A stretch of DNA of 13,416 nucleotides, taken from contig JAYUEN010000297.1 in assembly GCA_043739185.1 (NCBI GenBank), positions 1 through 13,416 on the forward strand, in the 5' to 3' direction. The notes under the pieces were generated by a model, which searched no databases, was not told where the DNA came from, and saw nothing but the letters and a program-made list of their open reading frames with translations. Below are positions 1 through 6,737 of this stretch, one piece after another. The stretch is from Bdellovibrionales bacterium (GTDB lineage Bacteria > Bdellovibrionota > Bdellovibrionia > Bdellovibrionales > JAMPXM01). Position 1 is the stretch's first letter. Each line of letters opens with the position of its first letter. A program made the position numbers and the translations under genes.

Positions 1-712
1 TTTGATGGGTAATAAAGCTCAAAAGATCTTGCCGCAACTCAATCAATTTTTTCCGGATGTTAAAAGTATTGAATTTGATGATCTTGAAACATTTGAGCAT
101 ACCAAATGTAAACCTCTGTCTGTTACTTTAGTGGTCGAGAATGAAACCAGATGGATCTTAGGCTTTCGTGTCTCTCAAATGAACGCCAAAGGGCATTTGG
201 TGAAAAAGGCGCTTAAAAAATACGGAAAGCGAAAAGATACCCGGACCAAAATGCGTAGAGAACTTTTTAAGAGCATAGAGACCTATATAGACAAAAATGC
301 TTTGATCCAGTCGGATATGAATCCACATTACGTAAAAGACGTTAAAGATTTTTTTCCGATGGCGACCTACAAAACTCACAGGGGTAGTAGGTCGGCAGTT
401 ACTGGCCAGGGTGAACTAAAGAAGGTTGGCTTTGATCCTTTGTTTAGTTTGAATCACACCTTTGCTATGTACCGAGCCAATATCAATCGCCTCTTTCGAA
501 AGACTTGGTGTACGACCAAAAAGCCGGAAAGGCTGAGTCTGCATATCGCACTCTACTCTTTGTATCACAATGTATTGCTACTCGATCTTACAAAGAAGGA
601 TGCTCCACTAAGGAGTGCTGAAGAAATTTCGACTCCAAAAGAAAAGCCTATCCAAAAAAACAAAAAACTTGCGGCATAGGCTTTGAATTATTTCAAAAAA
701 TTGGAACTGCCC
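1..712 (+). mobile_element. Right part of a putative insertion sequence with a candidate terminal inverted repeat at about 691-712
   Basis: The transposase ORF is followed by TTTCAAAAAATTGGAACTGCCC, which reads GGGCAGTTCCAATTTTTTGAAA on the minus strand. It starts with GG and resembles the IS1 right end as I recall it (GGTAATGACTCCAACTTATTGATA). The left end is outside the window, so the pair cannot be confirmed. Confidence 0.45.
2..679 (+). CDS. IS1/IS1595-superfamily-like DDE-type transposase, probably 5'-truncated at the window edge
   Basis: The motif order matches IS1 InsB-type catalytic cores: IEFDDLETF (D26/D27), IQSDMNPHY (D105), SLNHTFAMYR (N151 at the E position, R at +7). RLFRKTWCTTKKPERL resembles the InsB RLGRKSLSFSKS motif. 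The protein is basic and the frame is open to the left edge. Confidence 0.75.
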   Translation: MMGNKAQKILPQLNQFFPDVKSIEFDDLETFEHTKCKPLSVTLVVENETRWILGFRVSQMNAKGHLVKKALKKYGKRKDTRTKMRRELFKSIETYIDKNALIQSDMNPHYVKDVKDFFPMATYKTHRGSRSAVTGQGELKKVGFDPLFSLNHTFAMYRANINRLFRKTWCTTKKPERLSLHIALYSLYHNVLLLDLTKKDAPLRSAEEISTPKEKPIQKNKKLAA

Positions 713-769
713 TTAAAGCCTCTTGCTAATTTTTCAAAGTTTACAGTCTAAGGGCCCAGTTTTAGATAA

Positions 770-1348
770 TCAAAATGTTCCGGTAAGGCCGAGCTCTGGT
801 CCAGACTCTGAAATATCAAGTCTTGTACCATACGAATTTGCAGACTGAGCCATATAAATATAACCCAAATCCAAGCCCATATTTTTACTGAATTGCAGAC
901 CGATACTTGCTTGAAGTCCAATTCCTGGGTTGTAATCGCCAACACCGCTTGCAAATACAAGCTTACTCACATTTAGTCCGGCCTTGGCATTTATCATCTT
1001 ACTAAATGCGGTACCTAAATTGCCATCTAATCGCATCAAACCAACATTGGTGCCTTCGCTTTGAATATTTAAATAAGCAAAGTTAGCAGTCCAACCCAAT
1101 TGATAAATAGGAAGATTCGCATAGCCTGCCGCAAGCCCGAAACTTGAATCAAGCTTTTGATTCGAACTAAAACTTTGATCATTATAAGAGGCCTTGAAAT
1201 CAACTCTCAAAAATGGACTCACAAGAGCAATTCGAACGCCCGAGCTCGAGACACTTTCGTCTTGTGGCAGTTTAGCTGTCATACTTTCCTGGCTAAAAGC
1301 CGCTGTTGCTAAAAGCATAAGGCTCAACGACAATACTATTTGTTTCAT
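770..1348 (-). CDS. Outer-membrane beta-barrel protein (small, OmpA-N/OMP_b-brl-like), 192 aa
   Basis: The start is moved to the ATG at 1348 (MKQIVLSLSLMLLATAAFS|QE signal peptide; RBS AGAAGGA upstream). The protein has alternating amphipathic Gly/aromatic strands and a C-terminal Phe beta-signal (ELGLTGTF). Confidence 0.8.
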   Translation of the reverse strand: MKQIVLSLSLMLLATAAFSQESMTAKLPQDESVSSSGVRIALVSPFLRVDFKASYNDQSFSSNQKLDSSFGLAAGYANLPIYQLGWTANFAYLNIQSEGTNVGLMRLDGNLGTAFSKMINAKAGLNVSKLVFASGVGDYNPGIGLQASIGLQFSKNMGLDLGYIYMAQSANSYGTRLDISESGPELGLTGTF

Positions 1349-1493
1349 ATTTTTCCTTCTTTTTATTTGGAAGTTAATAAATTTGCGCCCAAGAGTGACG
1401 ACATTTGTCACGCTCAAACAAACTCATTGCTGTTCCGTTCATTTTAACATTCAAAATGGCAAATAGAGCAAATGAAGGGCCAGTTCTTTAGAA

Positions 1494-2480
1494 TCAATTC
1501 ACCACGTATGTTGACTCAAAAATTTCGCGAACAAGCAAATTTACACTCATTTGAATATCCATTGCCTTATCTTCAATATTTGAAGTACGAGACAAATTTA
1601 TAATATTCTCAAAACTTGAAGGAAACTGAGTTAAAATTGTTGGTAGATTCGCCGGAATTTGATTCTTTGATATTTTATCGAGCAATTCGTCTAAGACCGC
1701 AATATGACCTTTAGATGAATAGCTTGGCGGTTGAGCCAAATCATCAAGTACAACACCTATCGTATAAGGTAAAATAAGCGATGCGATACTTGGTTTCAAA
1801 ACTGATTTGAAGTAAGACCCGATAGCTTCATAAACTCTCTGGGCATTGGTTTTTAATAGTGGCCAATGCTTTTTTTCAAGACCGGCAATATGCGCAATCA
1901 AATCATGAGTTCCCATAAAAGCGATTTGCCCTTTTCGAATGAGATCGGCAAATTTTAGCGCATCATTATTTTCAATCTCCCAGAAATTTGTTTGATAATA
2001 GGATTTTGCCGGATCAAATCCTCCAAAAATAGAATTAAGACCCCAAGATTTTACAAGGACCAATTCGGCTCCTTCAGACTGAGCAATTTTATTTATGATC
2101 TCAGGAAAAATATAAAGCGAGTGGAGACTGCCATCTTCATTGCAAGAAAGCTGCGGGTGAACGACTTCGTAAAAGCCCTTTGTTCTCAACTCAAGTCTTT
2201 GGCTATCTAATGAGAAAATGCGTAAACCAAAAAGACCCTTATGTTCGATGAGTTCGGCTTTTAGGGACTCCAATCGGACGGGTCTTTCTGTCGTCGCATC
2301 AAAGATAAATCTAGCCAATTCGTCGTTAAGTGTCCCAATTTCTCGAAAAATTCCGTAACTTGCAATTTTTGAAGAAAACTCCAAATCATTTTGAAATGGA
2401 GTGACCTCGCCAAGCTTTAAGAACTCTTTTCGAAGAAATCTAATTTCATCTGCTGAAAATCGAACGACTCTTGGCTGCAT
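1494..2480 (-). CDS. Hypothetical cytoplasmic protein, 328 aa, with a possible metal-binding motif (THDLIAH ... VLDD)
   Basis: Long ORF with an ATG start 5 nt after the upstream stop. No signal peptide or obvious TM segment. I do not recognise the family. Confidence 0.8.
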   Translation of the reverse strand: MQPRVVRFSADEIRFLRKEFLKLGEVTPFQNDLEFSSKIASYGIFREIGTLNDELARFIFDATTERPVRLESLKAELIEHKGLFGLRIFSLDSQRLELRTKGFYEVVHPQLSCNEDGSLHSLYIFPEIINKIAQSEGAELVLVKSWGLNSIFGGFDPAKSYYQTNFWEIENNDALKFADLIRKGQIAFMGTHDLIAHIAGLEKKHWPLLKTNAQRVYEAIGSYFKSVLKPSIASLILPYTIGVVLDDLAQPPSYSSKGHIAVLDELLDKISKNQIPANLPTILTQFPSSFENIINLSRTSNIEDKAMDIQMSVNLLVREIFESTYVVN

Positions 2481-2485
2481 TTTTT

Positions 2486-2758
2486 TTAGACCTCAAAAGA
2501 GGAATAAATATTTTGAATTTGTGCGCTTATTTCTTTTTTAGCTAGGGTGGCTGCGCTCGCATTAAAGCCCCGGGCCTTACACGCTCCCGGAACTCGAATC
2601 CAGCTACTTTCGATTGATTTAAGCGACGCCACGTTAAGCTGCTCGATCGACTGCTCGTGCTTTGTCATCGGGGCTACCTGATTTGCCAAAGCGGGGCTGC
2701 TAGCCACTAATAGATTTATGGCACCTAATAACATACTGACACTTTTACTTGGGTTCAC
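2486..2758 (-). CDS. Small secreted hypothetical protein / candidate peptide precursor, 90 aa
   Basis: GTG start with a strong SD (AAGGAGA, 5 nt upstream). Sec-type signal peptide ending in ALA|N. Single Cys in WIRVPGACKARGF. Closely coupled to 1494..2480. Confidence 0.75.
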   Translation of the reverse strand: MNPSKSVSMLLGAINLLVASSPALANQVAPMTKHEQSIEQLNVASLKSIESSWIRVPGACKARGFNASAATLAKKEISAQIQNIYSSFEV

Positions 2759-2759
2759 A

Positions 2760-2806
2760 ACATTCTCCTTTTTTATAGCTACATCATTGCAGCCGAAGGA
2801 GAATGT
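2760..2806 (-). promoter_or_regulatory. RBS-sequestering 5'-leader hairpin
   Basis: Perfect 11-bp inverted repeat ACATTCTCCTT (2760-2770) / AAGGAGAATGT (2796-2806), enclosing an inner hairpin GGCUGCA-AUGA-UGUAGCU. The 3' arm in the mRNA contains the SD of the 90-aa gene. Confidence 0.6.
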
Positions 2807-2849
2807 GCCATATTCATATAGTATAAAAAAGCAACAATTACGAAATATT

Positions 2850-2868
2850 CGTTTCTTTTTTAGAAACG
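2850..2868 (-). terminator. Short hairpin downstream of the lipoprotein gene (possible weak terminator or operator)
   Basis: CGTTTCT-N5-AGAAACG, a 7-bp stem 15 nt past the stop at 2884. There is no clear U-tract. Confidence 0.3.
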
Positions 2869-2883
2869 CAATTCAAAGCCTTC

Positions 2884-4524
2884 TTACTGTACTGACAGTG
2901 AAGAAGTACAAGAGCCGCCTCCACTATTATTTGAAACCGTAACGGTGCAAGACATAGAGTTACTCGCAGGACTTGGTGCTAGCACAAAGGGCGATGACAG
3001 TTGATCAGCATTAAAACTTCCGACCGAACCATTGCAATTATAGGTTGCTGCTGCACCTGCAGTTCCCCCAAGGTTATTCCAGTTCACGGTAAGACCCGTG
3101 GAGTCTCCTACATGAACACTTAAGTTTGAACCTGATGCCCCCGAAGTAAAATCAGTAAAGACGATCGAGCACGAAGGCGCAACAGGCGGCGGAGGAATTA
3201 CAGTGATCCTCTCTGAGCAAGTACTACTGCCTCGACTATTGCTTACTGTGACCGTACATGATGAAGTTGCTGAAACAGGATTTGGCGCAAGCACAAAAGG
3301 AGATGACATTTGGGCAGCATTAAAGCTTCCCACCACACCATCGCAATTATAAGTTGCAGTAGCGCCAGGGGTATTAGCAAGATTGCTCCAGTTCACAGTA
3401 AGACCAACTGAATCGCCTAAGTTTGCATTGATATTTGCTCCGGTTGCACCTGAGGTAAAGTCAGTATCAATAATTGCACAAGACGGTGCGGCCGGTGGAG
3501 CAGCTACCGTAATACTCTCCGAGCATGTTGAGCTGCCGCGACTATTTGACACTGTGACTGTGCAAGACGATGATGCCGTTTGAGCACTTGGCGCGAGCAC
3601 AAAGGGAGAAGCCATTTGTGCGGCATTAAAGCTTCCGACGACACCGTTACAATTATAAGTAGCTGCAGCACCGGCGGTGCCTGCGAGATTGCTCCAGTTC
3701 ACAGTAAGACCGACTGAATCGCCAGAGTTTGCATTTATATTTGCACCGGTTGCGCCTGAGGTAAAATCAGTATCCACGATCGCACATGAAGGCCCAGCTG
3801 GTGGAGGAGCCACAGTAATTGTTTTAGTGCAAGTATTGCTACCACGACTATTTGTGACCGTTACGGTACAAGTTGAAGATGCCGTCTGAGCACTTGGTGC
3901 GAGCACAAAAGGAGTAGCCATTTGTGCGGCACTAAAGCTTCCAACTACGCCATTGCAATTATAAGATGCCATTGCTCCAGTAGTACCTGCGAGATTGCTC
4001 CAGTTCACAGTAAGACCAACTGAATCGCCCGAGTTCGCATTGATGTTGGCACCAGTTGCGCCTGAGGTAAAATCAGTTACAACTATTGCGCATGTAGGTT
4101 TTGGAGTTGGAGTAGGTGTGGGAGTTGGGGTTGGGGTCGGAGTTGGCGTAGGAGTTGGCGTAGGAGTCGGCGTTGGGGTTGGGGTCGGTGTTGGCGTGGG
4201 AGTCGGCGTTGGGGTTATTCCATTGCAACTCTGAGAGGCTGGTTGATGAGTGAATGTGATAACACCTTTCGTACAACTGCCCGCCACATAATCTGCCGGA
4301 CAAGTTGGACTTCCTGTTGCGCTGGTATAACCCGATGAAAAACTAAATTTTCCCTCTCCTAAGTTTGCGCTGCCTAATCCCGAAGGCAAGACACAAGCAG
4401 TAGAAGATGCGAGATTTGCGCTCACTGGTGAAGTCTCAAATCCTGAAGAGCAGCCAAGAGATGAAATCAACGCCCAAACTAAAACCATCGACAATTGAAT
4501 GTTAGAAAAGTTTAATTTTGACAT
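2884..4524 (-). CDS. Surface lipoprotein with a Pro-Thr linker and four tandem Cys-rich beta (Ig-like) repeats, 546 aa
   Basis: Lipobox SLG-C25 follows a hydrophobic stretch; RBS GGGGTGGA. Then a small Cys-containing domain, (TP)19, and four near-identical 94-aa units, each with 4 Cys. Confidence 0.88.
   Translation of the reverse strand: MSKLNFSNIQLSMVLVWALISSLGCSSGFETSPVSANLASSTACVLPSGLGSANLGEGKFSFSSGYTSATGSPTCPADYVAGSCTKGVITFTHQPASQSCNGITPTPTPTPTPTPTPTPTPTPTPTPTPTPTPTPTPTPTPKPTCAIVVTDFTSGATGANINANSGDSVGLTVNWSNLAGTTGAMASYNCNGVVGSFSAAQMATPFVLAPSAQTASSTCTVTVTNSRGSNTCTKTITVAPPPAGPSCAIVDTDFTSGATGANINANSGDSVGLTVNWSNLAGTAGAAATYNCNGVVGSFNAAQMASPFVLAPSAQTASSSCTVTVSNSRGSSTCSESITVAAPPAAPSCAIIDTDFTSGATGANINANLGDSVGLTVNWSNLANTPGATATYNCDGVVGSFNAAQMSSPFVLAPNPVSATSSCTVTVSNSRGSSTCSERITVIPPPPVAPSCSIVFTDFTSGASGSNLSVHVGDSTGLTVNWNNLGGTAGAAATYNCNGSVGSFNADQLSSPFVLAPSPASNSMSCTVTVSNNSGGGSCTSSLSVQ
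2890..4092 (-). repeat. Four tandem intragenic repeats of 282 bp (3811-4092, 3505-3786, 3199-3480, 2890-3171)
   Basis: The block AGATTGCTCCAGTTCACAGTAAGACC and the protein motif C..TDFTSGA.G.N....GDS.GLTVNW.NL recur with spacings of 306, 306 and 309 bp. The fourth copy is the most diverged. The linkers are Pro-rich. Confidence 0.95.
4102..4215 (-). repeat. (Thr-Pro)19 low-complexity linker; degenerate 6-bp tandem repeat
   Basis: 114 nt of ACN-CCN codon pairs with varied third positions. Confidence 0.95.
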
Positions 4525-4551
4525 AATCCACCCCGCTTTAAGAAATAGAAA

Positions 4552-4567
4552 TGCAAGCTAGGTGCCA
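4552..4567 (-). promoter_or_regulatory. Sigma54 (RpoN) -24/-12 promoter of the lipoprotein gene
   Basis: The minus strand reads TGGCAC-CTAGC-TTGCA, an exact match to the TGGCAC-N5-TTGCW consensus, 27 nt upstream of the ATG at 4524. Confidence 0.8.
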
Positions 4568-4680
4568 TCGATTATGGGCTCCATAACTTTTCAGAATGCT
4601 TACCGCGGGTAAAAAAAAACTTGCTGAATATTTTTATAGAGTCATCCGGAAAAATCCTAGACATGCCAAATCCACTGAGG

Positions 4681-4721
4681 CATTTCGTATTGAAATGAGA
4701 TTTTATTCTCAGCACGAAATG
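4681..4721. promoter_or_regulatory. Nested palindrome; candidate upstream activator site for the sigma54 promoter
   Basis: CATTTCGT (4681-4688) / ACGAAATG (4714-4721) enclose TGAGA-N6-TCTCA (4696-4711). The site lies about 115-155 bp upstream of the -24 box. Confidence 0.4.
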
Positions 4722-4843
4722 ACAGGCACCACTCGTATCATTTTAATACTATTTTACAAATAGACCTCTACAAATATTTGTTTGCGGAACAATAACATTT
4801 GGATTTATTGCTGAAGAGGCTTTCGTATTTTGCTTAGACTTCT

Positions 4844-6604
4844 TTAAACTCTGACTTCACTGCTTGAGTTGTGATTCACATTTAGCACCTGACGTATCGT
4901 TTCGACCAATATAGGGCTGAACACTGGCTTTGTAAGATGGGCATCAAATCCACAGGCCAATGCCTTTAATCTCTCTTCTTCTCGCGCATAAGCAGTCAAA
5001 GCAATTGCTTTTGTTTTTCCGCCTCGATCTTCTGGCAGATCTCGAATTTTTGCAATGAGGCTATAGCCATCTTCAAAAGGCATTCCAATATCACTTAATA
5101 AAATATCCGGAATTCTTCTTTGCAATTCACTATAGGCCTCGCTTGCTGAGCTGACCGATACGACGCTGGCTCCGTTCTTAATCAAATACCGAGTCAAAAG
5201 AAAACGAACATCTTCGACATCGTCGACAATAAGCACATTGATATTTTTAAGAATTTGGGACCCGAGCGATGCAGATATTGGCGCGTCCAAATTGAGCTTG
5301 GGAGCTGAACCAACTATGACATTCGCTTCGATTCGAATCGGAAGACTTACGGTAATTTGAGTGCCTGCACCCTTTCCCTGACTCGTGGCTCGAATTTGCC
5401 CACCATGCTGGTCGACAATATGCTTGCTGATTGAAAGTCCGAGCCCTAGCCCGCCATGCAATCTAGTGGTTGAACTATTTTCTTGCCTGAAAGAATCAAA
5501 AATGAATGGTAAAAACTTAGGGTCAATTCCTTCTCCGGTATCCTTAACACAAATGACTGCGAGTTGTTCTGCAATAAGCAATGATATGCTAACTTCTCCA
5601 CCCGGAGCCGTGAATTTAATAGCATTCGACAATAAGTTGAGGAACATTCTTTCAAGCTCATTGAAGCTTCCGAGAATGATTTGTGACTCAGGTATATTGT
5701 GAGTTTTGATCCTAATATTTTTCTTCTCAGCCAGCAGTAAACTGGACTCTAAGCTTGAAGCTAAAACTTTAGAAAGATCAACCGGGCTCAATTCAAATGA
5801 GTTTTTCCCTGAAACAAAGCGGGAGACATCTAGCAAGTCATTGATCATGCTTGATTGTATATGAGAGTTCCGATCTAAAATTTCAATGGCTTGCTGAAGA
5901 TGCTCGCCCCGCAAATTTTCTGATTTAAGAATTTTAATCCATCCTTGAATCACATTCATGGGAGTTCTAAGTTCGTGCGAAAGGATCGCCAGAAACTCAT
6001 CTCGAACTTTGATGGCCTCTTGCATTTTTCTGAATAGCCAAACATTGTCAACTGCCATCGCAATATAGCGCGAAAGCTCCTGAGCTGTTTGTAAATCAGA
6101 TTCATCGTAGGTGCGCACCCCTGATAATAGCATCATTGAACCGACAATCTTGCCACGCGCTTTTAAAGGCACACACATATACGATGAGGACCCCAGTTCG
6201 TCCATCAAACGCAAATGCTCGTTATCGTCTGCTCGCTCGCCCCATGTTGCCTCAGGAATTAAAAAGGACTGACCCGTTTGAATCACGCGGTAAACCCCGC
6301 GCGTTGCTTTTGGACTAGCATGGTAACGTAGTAAAATTTGCTTTGCAGCCTCTGCCTTGGCGGGATCGTGATGAACTACGATGGCGCGTTCAATTTTGCA
6401 ATCTTCTGTAACTAAATCAATCGCGCACCAACTCGCGAGGCTTGATACGAGCAAATTGGCGATCATTTCAAGTGTGGCCTCGTAATCCGTACATTTATCT
6501 AAAAGATTACTGGCCCCTGCTAAAAGTCGCAGAGCTTCGCCGTCGCTCCTTTGATGAGTTTGCGTTTGGTCCAATTTGATGTTTTCTATAAGGCTTTCGA
6601 ACAT
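4844..6604 (-). CDS. Cytoplasmic hybrid sensor histidine kinase / response regulator (GAF-HisKA-HATPase-REC), 586 aa
   Basis: GAF region (ASWCAIDL...SYMCVPLKARG), H-box LSHELRTPM, N-box NLLSNAIKFT, G1 DTGEGI, G2 GGLGLGLSI, and a receiver (LIVDD, SDIGMP, LTAY, TKP). Confidence 0.95.
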   Translation of the reverse strand: MFESLIENIKLDQTQTHQRSDGEALRLLAGASNLLDKCTDYEATLEMIANLLVSSLASWCAIDLVTEDCKIERAIVVHHDPAKAEAAKQILLRYHASPKATRGVYRVIQTGQSFLIPEATWGERADDNEHLRLMDELGSSSYMCVPLKARGKIVGSMMLLSGVRTYDESDLQTAQELSRYIAMAVDNVWLFRKMQEAIKVRDEFLAILSHELRTPMNVIQGWIKILKSENLRGEHLQQAIEILDRNSHIQSSMINDLLDVSRFVSGKNSFELSPVDLSKVLASSLESSLLLAEKKNIRIKTHNIPESQIILGSFNELERMFLNLLSNAIKFTAPGGEVSISLLIAEQLAVICVKDTGEGIDPKFLPFIFDSFRQENSSTTRLHGGLGLGLSISKHIVDQHGGQIRATSQGKGAGTQITVSLPIRIEANVIVGSAPKLNLDAPISASLGSQILKNINVLIVDDVEDVRFLLTRYLIKNGASVVSVSSASEAYSELQRRIPDILLSDIGMPFEDGYSLIAKIRDLPEDRGGKTKAIALTAYAREEERLKALACGFDAHLTKPVFSPILVETIRQVLNVNHNSSSEVRV

Positions 6605-6737
6605 AAACCTGATGTACTACTTCAGAAGTAATCATAAGCCAACAGTCTACCGAGAAATAAATGCCTCTAAAGCCATTTAGTTTTGAGTTCTAGTCCACCT
6701 GAATAGATTCTTAACAAAGAAATTTATTCAATTTAAA

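Noticed and set aside
1349..1417. N-terminal extension of the OMP ORF in the ORF track
   Set aside because: The signal peptide and RBS support the ATG at 1348.
2793..2810. TGGCAC upstream of the 90-aa gene as a sigma54 promoter
   Set aside because: The -12 position reads CCTT rather than TTGC.
2718..2942. Plus-strand 74-aa ORF with AAGGAG at 2796
   Set aside because: It overlaps two better-supported minus-strand genes. The AAGGAG is only 1-3 nt from possible starts and is better explained as the anti-SD arm.
2890..4215. Possible CRISPR array or non-coding repeat array
   Set aside because: The repeats are in-frame protein domains with third-position variation, and there is no repeat-spacer structure.
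3383..4303. Short ORFs 3383..3583, 3677..3889, 3995..4234 (poly-GV) and 4073..4303
   Set aside because: They are antisense or alternate-frame shadows of the repetitive lipoprotein gene; poly-GV is just the reverse complement of poly-TP.
6700..6730. Imperfect hairpin after the NRAMP-like gene as a terminator
   Set aside because: The stem is AT-rich and mismatched, with no U-tract on the coding strand.
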